DNA from: an uncultured Bacilli bacterium
GTDB taxonomy: Bacteria; Bacillota_I; Bacilli_A; RF39; UBA660
Direction of reading: 5' to 3'
Assembly (NCBI GenBank): GCA_944332675.1
Contig: CALVKJ010000002.1
Coordinates: forward strand, 18 to 64,017
DNA length: 64,000 nucleotides
The position numbers were made by a program, and so were the translations under genes. Shown here piece by piece: positions 26,770-34,897 of the stretch. Within the stretch, counting starts at the first letter, position 1; every line of letters starts with the position of its first letter. A model generated the notes under the pieces. It did not search any database. It was not told where the DNA came from and worked only from the letters and a program-made list of their open reading frames with translations.

Positions 26770-27876
26770 GTGAATGATGCTATATTTTCACAAATAGATT
26801 TTGGACCTTTAAAAGAGTTTTTAGAGGAAGACAACGTAACTGACGTATCATATTCAAATGGTGGTCAAGTTTGGCTAAAAACTCTTGATAAAGGTGTTTA
26901 TCGCGTAGATAGACCAGAAATAAATAATGCTTTGATGGAAAAGCTTGCTTTTCAATGCTCTAATGTAATGGGTAAAACATTTAATATGGCTCATCCTTTT
27001 TTGGATGCCGAATCAGCTGAGCTTCGTCTTAACTTTGTTCATGAATCAATTGCAACTAATGGTATAGCTTGTGTTATCCGTAAGACGCCTGCCAAAATCC
27101 GTCTTAACAAAGATAAACTTATTAATGAACAATATGTAACTGAAGATTTACATGACTTTTTAATGACTTGCGTTGCAGGGCACTGCAACATAATTGTAAG
27201 TGGAGAAACTGGTTCTGGTAAAACTGAACTTGTTAAATACTTAGCCAGTCATACTAAAGAAAATGAAAAAATTATAACTATTGAAGATACCTTAGAACTA
27301 CACTTAGATAAAATATTCCCACATAGAGATATTGTTGCTATGAAAACAAATAACATTGCCTCATATTCTGATGTTTTGGTAACCTGTATGCGGCAAAACC
27401 CACGTTGGATTTTACTATCCGAAGTTCGTTCTGCTGAAGCGGTTACGGCGGTTCGTAACTCTATATCATCAGGACATAACATCATATCTACAATTCACTC
27501 GGATAGAGCTTTAAATATTCCAATGCGTATGTACAGTTTGCTAGAAAGTAGCCAAGATATTGAACAATTCCTAAATTCAATTCACCGATACGTTCAAATT
27601 GGTATTCACGTAAAAGGTTATATGAGTAAAGAATTAGGCAGATTTCAAAGAGAAATTATTGAAGTTGTTGAGTTCTATGTCGATGAAAACAACGAAGCCA
27701 AAGCCAATATAATATTTAAAAAGAGTCTAGATGGTAAATATAGTTTTAATAATCCAACTAAATATTTAATCGATTACCTTGGAGTTCAAGGGGTAGAGAT
27801 GAAACAAGATTATTTTGAAAAGTCTAAAGGCTCAGTAACAGATATACAACCAGAAAATGCCATTGAAAGTCTATAA
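26770..27876 (+). CDS. TadA/CpaF/VirB11-class type IV filament secretion ATPase
   Basis: Walker A GETGSGKTE, Asp box ITIEDTLEL, Walker B RQNPRWILLSEVR, His box GHNIISTIH. The in-frame GTG at 26770 has a GAGGTGG RBS; the track start 26695 overlaps the previous gene. Confidence 0.85.
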   Translation: MNDAIFSQIDFGPLKEFLEEDNVTDVSYSNGGQVWLKTLDKGVYRVDRPEINNALMEKLAFQCSNVMGKTFNMAHPFLDAESAELRLNFVHESIATNGIACVIRKTPAKIRLNKDKLINEQYVTEDLHDFLMTCVAGHCNIIVSGETGSGKTELVKYLASHTKENEKIITIEDTLELHLDKIFPHRDIVAMKTNNIASYSDVLVTCMRQNPRWILLSEVRSAEAVTAVRNSISSGHNIISTIHSDRALNIPMRMYSLLESSQDIEQFLNSIHRYVQIGIHVKGYMSKELGRFQREIIEVVEFYVDENNEAKANIIFKKSLDGKYSFNNPTKYLIDYLGVQGVEMKQDYFEKSKGSVTDIQPENAIESL

Positions 27877-27891
27877 TAGAAAGGAGTAAAT

Positions 27892-28797
27892 ATGCAAACA
27901 CTTACAGAACTGGTAATTTTACTTATAATAGCTGTAATTGTCCTAATATTTCGGAGAAATCCTGGAGAAAATGTTTATAAATTTGTAGTAGGCAATGTTA
28001 CGCGAATTTATGATAAATATGCTCCGTATTCCTTCAAAATGGTTCGGGAAAAAGCTATTGAATTAGGGCAAGAGTATAATGCACGTCAATATTTAACCCA
28101 AGTTATAATATTTGGGGGTGTCGCAGCCTTAATAGGGTATTTTTACTTCTACAGTATTATAATAGCTGTTATATATGCCATTATTGCTATTGTGTTTATT
28201 CCTTATCTTGCCTACTTACGATGTCAAAGAGTATATAGTGAATATATATTTGAACAAATTCAAACTTATACAACTAACGTTATCATGGAATTTAATACAA
28301 CTCAAAGCTTTGTTAAATCTCTTGAAGGAGTTAGAGATTCTGGAATATTAGAAAATCCGGTATTAGATGATGTTAAAAAGATGATCGATATGTCTTATCA
28401 AAATGGAACAATTGATGAATCTTTACAATATTTCAATGATAAATATCCTTATTATATGGTAAAGAATATGCATCAATTATTCTTGCAAATTACCAAAGAA
28501 GGTGCAAGAGATTCTGGACAAGCTCTAGAAAATATGTCATTAGATATCGATGCCCTAGTTGAAGGTGTATACCGCGATCAAATGGATAGAAAAAACTTCC
28601 ACGGAAGGTTCATTAGGTTTGGTCTAATTCTTTATTTATTAGTGGTTGTTTTAAGATATTTGCTTGGTGAAGAAAATTATATAGCTCTATTAGATATGTG
28701 GTATGTTCAACTTATACTCCATGCCGTAGTAATAATTAATGCTTTTTTCCTAGTTTCGGGAGAAAAATATTATAATGAAGATGTGGGGGTAGAATAA
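27892..28797 (+). CDS. TadB-like platform protein (T2SS-F-type domain)
   Basis: N-terminal TM, central TM pair, a cytoplasmic helical domain and C-terminal TMs. Sits directly after the ATPase gene. Confidence 0.6.
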   Translation: MQTLTELVILLIIAVIVLIFRRNPGENVYKFVVGNVTRIYDKYAPYSFKMVREKAIELGQEYNARQYLTQVIIFGGVAALIGYFYFYSIIIAVIYAIIAIVFIPYLAYLRCQRVYSEYIFEQIQTYTTNVIMEFNTTQSFVKSLEGVRDSGILENPVLDDVKKMIDMSYQNGTIDESLQYFNDKYPYYMVKNMHQLFLQITKEGARDSGQALENMSLDIDALVEGVYRDQMDRKNFHGRFIRFGLILYLLVVVLRYLLGEENYIALLDMWYVQLILHAVVIINAFFLVSGEKYYNEDVGVE

Positions 28798-29585
28798 TGC
28801 AAATAGAAATTATTATTATCGCTGTTATTGTTTTTGTTATTATGACTATCGGCGGACAAATAAATATCAATCAAATGATTAGTGATAATCAAATGCTTTT
28901 CTTAAAGCTTAAAGAAAGTGATTGGGATTTTTTTGTCAGAGCTAGATATGGTAACAGTGTAAACCCTGATGTATTATTTAATAAAAGAATCAAGAACGCT
29001 CTTATTGTAATGGTTTTAGCATTTTTCTTTATGATTCAAGATTTAAATGCTGTTAAAGTTTTAATCATATTTGTTCTCGGTATATTTATATTTAAAATGC
29101 CTTACAATGACATAAAGAAATTTTATAATCAACATATGCATCAAATTGATGCTATGTTACCCCATTATTTAAAGAGCTTGGAAATATTAATACAACACTA
29201 CACTGTACCGGTGGCTATTGGTAAGTCAATGGCAGATGCTCCGGAAATATTTAAAGAAGGATTGCAGGAAATGATCGATGCCATAAATTCTGGTGATGAT
29301 TCCATAGAGCCTTATATGGCTTTTGCTCGTAAATATCCTGTAAGAGATTCAATGCGAATGATGCGGCTTTTATATCGGCTTAGTTTAGGTCGTCAAGAAA
29401 GAAAGCAAGAACAAATTTTAACATTTTCAAGATCGATTTCTAGTTTACAACAAAAAGCCCGGGAAACAAGATATAAAAATCGTTTGGAAAAGATGGAAAG
29501 TAAAACTATGAGTATGCTTATTACAACTGGGTTAGGAGTAATGATTTTACTAATTTTAGCCGTAATGCAACTTATGGGTGCTTAA
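28797..29585 (+). CDS. TadC-like platform protein (T2SS-F-type domain)
   Basis: Same topology as the TadB-like ORF. Contains a helical domain (LPHYLKSLEILIQHYTVPVAIGKSMADAPEIFKEGLQEMIDAINSGDD). Start overlaps the previous stop. Confidence 0.6.
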   Translation: MQIEIIIIAVIVFVIMTIGGQININQMISDNQMLFLKLKESDWDFFVRARYGNSVNPDVLFNKRIKNALIVMVLAFFFMIQDLNAVKVLIIFVLGIFIFKMPYNDIKKFYNQHMHQIDAMLPHYLKSLEILIQHYTVPVAIGKSMADAPEIFKEGLQEMIDAINSGDDSIEPYMAFARKYPVRDSMRMMRLLYRLSLGRQERKQEQILTFSRSISSLQQKARETRYKNRLEKMESKTMSMLITTGLGVMILLILAVMQLMGA

Positions 29586-29612
29586 TTATAGTAAAGTAAA
29601 AAAAATAATTAA

Positions 29613-29641
29613 TTGATATTTAATAAGAAATAAGGTATAAT
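29613..29641 (+). promoter_or_regulatory. internal promoter for the pilin genes
   Basis: TTGATA-17 nt-TATAAT in the only sizeable intergenic gap of the operon, followed by an AAGGAGG RBS. Confidence 0.55.
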
Positions 29642-29671
29642 AAAGATAGGAATAAGGAGGAATTTTAATTT

Positions 29672-29947
29672 ATGAAAGAAGCGACTGGAGAATTAAACAT
29701 GACTGTTGTTACTGTTGTTGCTATAGCAGCTGTTGCAGCATTCTTTTATGCATTTGTTTGGCCAGCAGTTAAAAACCAAATAAATCGTAATACCTACTGT
29801 GCTGCTGCAGTTTCTTGTGGTGAACCAGATGCAGATGGAAATCGTACTTGTCAATATGTTGATGAAGATGGTGATTTACAAGATGTACTTTGTCCTGCAG
29901 ATACTACTACAGGCGGAACTACAGGCGGAACTACAGGTGGTAATTAA
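29672..29947 (+). CDS. pilin-like protein 1 (91 aa, Cys-rich, TTGG-repeat tail)
   Basis: MKEATGELNM leader-like N-terminus, a 22-residue hydrophobic helix, 4 Cys, and a C-terminal TTTGGTTGGTTGGN. Confidence 0.6.
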   Translation: MKEATGELNMTVVTVVAIAAVAAFFYAFVWPAVKNQINRNTYCAAAVSCGEPDADGNRTCQYVDEDGDLQDVLCPADTTTGGTTGGTTGGN

Positions 29948-29976
29948 AGATTAAATTATTAAGTGAGGTAATTTGA

Positions 29977-30222
29977 ATGAAAGAGGCAACCGGGGAACTA
30001 AATATGGCAGTTGTTGTAGCAATATCAATTGCAATCTTGGCGGCCTTTTTTTTCAGTTATTTATGGCCGATTATTAACAATAATTTCTATAGAACATCAC
30101 AATGTGATAAAGCAGCCTGCGACTGCAGTAATATAGAAGTTGTCAATGATGTTGAATATTGCACTCCTTGCTATATAAATGGTGAAGAGATTCCAGGTAT
30201 GAAATGTATTTTTAAAGGGTAG
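29977..30222 (+). CDS. pilin-like protein 2 (81 aa, Cys-rich)
   Basis: First 10 residues identical to pilin 1 although encoded with six synonymous differences. Hydrophobic helix and 7 Cys in the C-terminal half. Confidence 0.6.
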   Translation: MKEATGELNMAVVVAISIAILAAFFFSYLWPIINNNFYRTSQCDKAACDCSNIEVVNDVEYCTPCYINGEEIPGMKCIFKG

Positions 30223-30229
30223 TGGTTAA

Positions 30230-31804
30230 ATGAAAGAATCAGTAAGTGTTACTACAATTTTTCAAATTGTTATACTATTTATTCTATTGTTCACCGCAAT
30301 AATGTGTTTAACAATCAATAATTCTAATGCTTTTGGAGTTAGAGATGAAATTATCAACATTATTGAAATGAACAATGGAAACTATTTGAGTGATGATAAT
30401 TCTGGTTATTTGTCTGAAGAAATTGTTGATGCTATATCAGCTGCTGCCTATAGAACTACAGGTATTTGTGATGCTGAATATACTGGCTTTGAAAGAAATG
30501 GTCAACCAGTTGGATCTGGAGATCTGGCATCAGTATGCATTAGAGAAGTTAGCGTAACTGATGGAATAGATTCTTATTTAGATGAATTATTGGGAGATAC
30601 AGTAGATGCTGAGTTTGTTGAAGGTAAATATTATCAAATAGTTTTGTTTTACCAATTAGATTTACCAGTAATGCGTCAAGTTTACAATTTCCAAACAAAA
30701 GGTGAAACTAAAATCATCTATGAAGAAACTCGTAGTGTAAATACTAGTGGTTCAACAAGTAGTAACAATGGTACTTTGTCAGATATTTTTGATAATAATT
30801 CAAATAATAATACATCTACAGAAACAGGAAATAATAATTCGTCAGGAAATAACAATGAAACGAATAATGGAAACAATATTATGGGGGAGCAATTAGCTTG
30901 TCGTGAAGGTTTAGTTGAATCAGATTTAATAAGTGGTATTCAAGGTGTAGCAATGGCTGTTGTACCTATATATCCCAGTTTAAATGATACAAATAATACC
31001 AGATCGACAAGATTAGATGGAACGAAGTTTTCAATTTTAGGTAATGATGGTACAGCCAACGGTGGAGGCCGTTGGGCCATAATGTATGATGGCGAATGTG
31101 GCTGGGTTGATTCAACTTATATGGCTATTGATGCTACAGATTATTTACCATCTAATGTGAGATTTAATATCACTAATGCAAGTTCTAGTGCTTATTATGC
31201 TTGGGATGGCACGAGTGATGTATGGATTCCCAATTTAACTGGCAAAAGACTATATGATAGTTCCCAATATAACAATTCTTTTGTACCATTAACATTTTCA
31301 TTTGCTCAGAGTTTACGTAATATTGCTCAAAATAATTCAAACAGACAATTTCTTATAAATGATGCTTACAGACCATATTCTGTAACAGTATTAGCTAGAA
31401 ACACTTTAAGCAGTTTAATTAGTAGTAATTCCAATGTTTTAAATGTCGGAATGTCTGGCTGGGGAACTGGCTGGTTTTTAGCTCAAGGGGTTTCTGCTCA
31501 TAATACTGGCTGTGCTGTTGATATTACTTTTGCTGATCTTTCCACAGAACAAATAAGAAATATGCCAAGTGCTATGCACGATTTAAGCAAAAGAGCAGCT
31601 ATTTATACTTATTCTGGTAGTGGTACATACCGTACGGAGTTTACTAACTCTCAAGCATCTACTTTACATAGTATTATGACTGCTGGTGGCTTAGATGACT
31701 TAGCTAGTGAATGGTGGCATTATCAAAGCGATTCTTGCTATAATACAATCCGTAGTCATTCTAGTACAAATGGTGGGCAAAACATTAGTTTTTACGACTT
31801 GTAA
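30230..31804 (+). CDS. fusion protein: TadE-like pseudopilin module + Asn/Ser-rich linker + SH3b-like domain + M15 (VanX/VanY-type LAS) peptidase
   Basis: The N-terminal ~165 aa is paralogous to ORF 32590 (YYQIVLFYQLDLPVMRQVYNFQTKGET vs YYQIIVFYRFNLPVIGDVMTFQVEGTT). The C-terminus has INDAYRPYSV, SAHNTGCAVD and EWWHY zinc-peptidase motifs. Confidence 0.7.
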   Translation: MKESVSVTTIFQIVILFILLFTAIMCLTINNSNAFGVRDEIINIIEMNNGNYLSDDNSGYLSEEIVDAISAAAYRTTGICDAEYTGFERNGQPVGSGDLASVCIREVSVTDGIDSYLDELLGDTVDAEFVEGKYYQIVLFYQLDLPVMRQVYNFQTKGETKIIYEETRSVNTSGSTSSNNGTLSDIFDNNSNNNTSTETGNNNSSGNNNETNNGNNIMGEQLACREGLVESDLISGIQGVAMAVVPIYPSLNDTNNTRSTRLDGTKFSILGNDGTANGGGRWAIMYDGECGWVDSTYMAIDATDYLPSNVRFNITNASSSAYYAWDGTSDVWIPNLTGKRLYDSSQYNNSFVPLTFSFAQSLRNIAQNNSNRQFLINDAYRPYSVTVLARNTLSSLISSNSNVLNVGMSGWGTGWFLAQGVSAHNTGCAVDITFADLSTEQIRNMPSAMHDLSKRAAIYTYSGSGTYRTEFTNSQASTLHSIMTAGGLDDLASEWWHYQSDSCYNTIRSHSSTNGGQNISFYDL

Positions 31805-31813
31805 TAAAAAGGT

Positions 31814-32557
31814 GTGATACACTTGAAAAGAATTGTTTTATTGGGAGCTATCATTTTTCTTCTGAGTGGTTGTACAGTTGATTATAATCTAACTATCGAA
31901 GGAAATTCTTTTAAAGAAGATATTGCAGTTTATACTACTAACGTATCCTCTTTAGATGAAATTCAGCCATCTTATTATAATAGGACTTATAGAACTTTAT
32001 TTGATACTATTAGACAAATGCCAATAGGAATTTATTATGATGCTGATGAACCTTTATATAATCGAACTTTAATCGATGAGGAAAATCGTTATGGTGCTAA
32101 TTTTACAAATGATTTTACTTTTGCTGATTTAGCTCGTTCCAACGCAATAAACAAATGTTACAATCCATCAGATATTATATTAACTGCAGATAGTGATATA
32201 TATACTCTAAGAACTGTATCAAGCTGTCAATTATTCGAATATGAAGAAATTTTTAAAGAATTAAATATTAAAATAACTGTTAATAACTATGTTTTAAGTA
32301 ATAATGCCGATAGTGTTGATGGTAATACTTATACTTGGACTATTAACAGAGATAATTATAATAATAAAACGATAAATATTTCTTATGATACTACAAGGGA
32401 ACCAGTAATAACGAGTACTACTGAGGAAACTAATAGTAATTCGATAATTTCTTGGATTATAGACAATATTCCTATAGTAGCTGGAGGATTATTAGTTATC
32501 ATCACGATAATATGTGTTATAATTATAGATAGTAGAAATAAAAAGAAAATTAATTAG
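31814..32557 (+). CDS. lipoprotein with additional C-terminal TM anchor, function unknown
   Basis: Lipobox IFLLSG/C near the N-terminus and a C-terminal TM (IVAGGLLVIITIICVIII) plus a basic tail. The start is ambiguous between GTG 31814 and TTG 31823. Confidence 0.55.
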   Translation: MIHLKRIVLLGAIIFLLSGCTVDYNLTIEGNSFKEDIAVYTTNVSSLDEIQPSYYNRTYRTLFDTIRQMPIGIYYDADEPLYNRTLIDEENRYGANFTNDFTFADLARSNAINKCYNPSDIILTADSDIYTLRTVSSCQLFEYEEIFKELNIKITVNNYVLSNNADSVDGNTYTWTINRDNYNNKTINISYDTTREPVITSTTEETNSNSIISWIIDNIPIVAGGLLVIITIICVIIIDSRNKKKIN

Positions 32558-32589
32558 TCTGAAGAAATGTAAAGAAAAGGAGATAAAAA

Positions 32590-33036
32590 ATGCGGGAAGT
32601 AACTGGATCTACGTGGGTATTTCAATTGATGATAATTTTTATTCTTATCTTCGCCTGCTTTTTATGTCTAGTTATAAACTACTCTAAAGCTTATCGTGTT
32701 AAGAATGAAGTATTATCGATAATAGAAAAATATGAAGGTATATCTTCGACCTCAGCGGGAATAATTAATAACTATTTAAGAGGAGAATCATATGTAACAA
32801 CAGGATCTTGTCCTGATGGTTATTATGGTATCAAACTTGATAATGATGGTTATGAAGTTGCTCGTAGTGGTCAAAAATATAGTTATTGCTTTAGAGATGA
32901 ATATACAAACGATGGAATGATTTACTATCAAATAATTGTATTTTATCGTTTTAATCTCCCAGTAATCGGAGATGTTATGACATTCCAAGTTGAAGGAACT
33001 ACGGAATCATTCCAAGGAAATGTGGATCGTTATTAG
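32590..33036 (+). CDS. TadE-like pseudopilin
   Basis: MREVTGSTWVFQLMIIFILIFACFLCL N-terminus. Paralogous to the N-terminal module of ORF 30230. Confidence 0.5.
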   Translation: MREVTGSTWVFQLMIIFILIFACFLCLVINYSKAYRVKNEVLSIIEKYEGISSTSAGIINNYLRGESYVTTGSCPDGYYGIKLDNDGYEVARSGQKYSYCFRDEYTNDGMIYYQIIVFYRFNLPVIGDVMTFQVEGTTESFQGNVDRY

Positions 33037-33051
33037 AAAGGAAGATAAAAG

Positions 33052-34044
33052 ATGAACGTAATTATTTCTAACAAATATCAAGCATTGCTGGCTAATTTAG
33101 ATATTGATGTAATAAAAAGTATTAATGGTGAATTTACAGTAGATGAGTTAATTGCTCAATTTTCCAATTTTTATTACAATAAAATGATAATAGATATTAC
33201 TGCTATCAAAGGTTATCAAGATATTAATGTTATTCAACAACTTTCTGTAAACTTTGATATGTCTAAAGTTATTCTTCTTTTAGATGATTCAGAAACCGTT
33301 AATTCTCCAATGTATTTATCGCAATTAGTATCAATGGGTATTTATAATTTTGCTACCAATGTAAATGTTATTAAGTTCTTAATAGATAACCCTAACACTT
33401 ATAAAGACGTAGCTAGTTATCATAACATCAATGGCTTTAAAAAACCGGCGTTAAATGAAAATGTTGTAGATAATACCAAAGGAAAAATAGGACAAAAGAT
33501 TATTGGTTTTAAAAATGTAACAGATCATGCTGGAGCAACAACTTTAGTTTATTTATTAAAACTTCATTTAGAAAAAAATTATAAGGTAAAAGCAGTAGAA
33601 GTCGATGGTAATGACTTTATATTCTTTAATGATGATTCTCTAGAAAGTGTTTCTAGTGTTACATTTAATGATTTTTTAGCCCAAAATATTAATTGCGACG
33701 TTATCTTAGTAGATTTAAATAATAGTTCTGTTGAAAACTATTGCAACGATATTATTTATTTAATTGAACCAGGACGTATCCAATTAAATAAATTAATAAG
33801 AAAAGATAATGAAATATTTGAAAAACTTAAAAACAAAAAGATTGTTTTAAATAGAAGTGTTTTAAATGATAAAGATGTTGATGATTTTGAACGTGAAAGT
33901 GGTAGTAAAGTATTTTATAACTTACCATACCTTGATGATAAATTAGATAATCAACCAATTATTAACAACTTTTTATCTACTTTAGGTTTTAGTAGAGTAG
34001 AAGAAAATAAGGGCGGTTCAGGATTATTTAGTATATTTAAATAA
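33052..34044 (+). CDS. TadZ/CpaE-like protein (receiver-like N-domain plus ParA/MinD-like domain with degenerate Walker A)
   Basis: N-terminal alpha/beta receiver-like segment. The C-terminal segment IGFKNVTDHAGATTLVYLL..VILVDLN occupies the position of the deviant Walker A/B of CpaE-type ATPases but lacks the GKT lysine. Confidence 0.45.
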   Translation: MNVIISNKYQALLANLDIDVIKSINGEFTVDELIAQFSNFYYNKMIIDITAIKGYQDINVIQQLSVNFDMSKVILLLDDSETVNSPMYLSQLVSMGIYNFATNVNVIKFLIDNPNTYKDVASYHNINGFKKPALNENVVDNTKGKIGQKIIGFKNVTDHAGATTLVYLLKLHLEKNYKVKAVEVDGNDFIFFNDDSLESVSSVTFNDFLAQNINCDVILVDLNNSSVENYCNDIIYLIEPGRIQLNKLIRKDNEIFEKLKNKKIVLNRSVLNDKDVDDFERESGSKVFYNLPYLDDKLDNQPIINNFLSTLGFSRVEENKGGSGLFSIFK

Positions 34045-34067
34045 TCAATTGAAGTGAGGTGCGTAAG

Positions 34068-34424
34068 ATGAGTTTTTGTTATAAGACTGCAGTTGTATGG
34101 CAGGTAATTGGTTATGTTTTTTTCATATTGAAAATAGTTATTCCAATGATTTTAATAATCTTAGGAATAATCGATTTTGGTAAAGCGGTTTTATCGAGTG
34201 ATGATAAATCGATAAAAGATGCCGCAATGACTCTTGCCAAAAGATTAATTGCAGGTGTCATAATATTCTTCATTCCAACTGTTATAAATGTCGTATTTAG
34301 TTATATTTCTGGTTTTAGTGAAGATATGCAAGCTGATGCAATGAATTGTATTAATTGTTTAACATCACCGAATGGCTCTTGTGATACAAGTTATGAAGGC
34401 GAAGTTTTTCCAACAGGAAATTGA
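34068..34424 (+). CDS. small 2-TM membrane protein with Cys-rich C-terminal tail, paralogue A
   Basis: Two hydrophobic helices separated by DFGKAVLSSDDKSIKDAA; tail NCINCLTSPNGSCD. The ATG at 34068 has a GAGGTG RBS. Confidence 0.55.
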   Translation: MSFCYKTAVVWQVIGYVFFILKIVIPMILIILGIIDFGKAVLSSDDKSIKDAAMTLAKRLIAGVIIFFIPTVINVVFSYISGFSEDMQADAMNCINCLTSPNGSCDTSYEGEVFPTGN

Positions 34425-34444
34425 CATTTATTTCAAGCAAAATA

Positions 34445-34473
34445 TTGACTTTATTAAGTATATAAGGTAAAAT
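34445..34473 (+). promoter_or_regulatory. candidate promoter for paralogue B
   Basis: TTGACT-17 nt-TAAAAT upstream of an AGGGAGGAG RBS. Confidence 0.4.
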
Positions 34474-34501
34474 GAATGTATATAGGGAGGAGTGCTATAA
34501 T

Positions 34502-34861
34502 ATGGGAAATGTTGATAGTTTTTGTGCACAAACATCAGATATATGGCGTACAATCGGATATTTTTTATTAGTATTTAAAATTGTAATTCCTATTATCTTA
34601 ATAATACTAGGAATGGTTGATTTAGGAAAGGCTGTAATATCAAGTGATGATAAAGCTATTTCTAAAGCTGCAAAGTCATTATTAATGCGTGTAATTGCAG
34701 CTGTAGCAATATTCTTTGTACCAACAATAGTATCATTTGTTATTCAATTAGTTGGTGGTACTGAAGGCGATTATGATGTATGTGCAAAATGTATTTCAAG
34801 TCCAGGTGGCGAAACTTGTACAGATGCATATAACGAATTAAAAGAACTTACTGAAGACTAA
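34502..34861 (+). CDS. small 2-TM membrane protein with Cys-rich C-terminal tail, paralogue B
   Basis: Collinear with paralogue A (LIILGMVDLGKAVISSDDKAISKAA; tail CAKCISSPGGETCTD). The ATG at 34502 has an AGGGAGGAG RBS. Confidence 0.55.
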   Translation: MGNVDSFCAQTSDIWRTIGYFLLVFKIVIPIILIILGMVDLGKAVISSDDKAISKAAKSLLMRVIAAVAIFFVPTIVSFVIQLVGGTEGDYDVCAKCISSPGGETCTDAYNELKELTED

Positions 34862-34871
34862 TTAATAAATT

Positions 34872-34897
34872 ACCACGTTTTAATAACGTGGTTTTTG
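34872..34897 (+). terminator. rho-independent terminator ending the filament operon
   Basis: ACCACGTT-loop-AACGTGGT hairpin followed by TTTTT. Confidence 0.65.

Noticed and set aside
26770-34861. Conjugative type IV secretion system interpretation (VirB11-like ATPase plus VirB2-like 2-TM proteins)
   Set aside because: There is no relaxase, coupling protein, VirB4, VirB6 or oriT-like content. The presence of TadB/TadC-type platform proteins, CpaB-like proteins and N-terminal-helix pilin modules fits a Tad-type filament instead.
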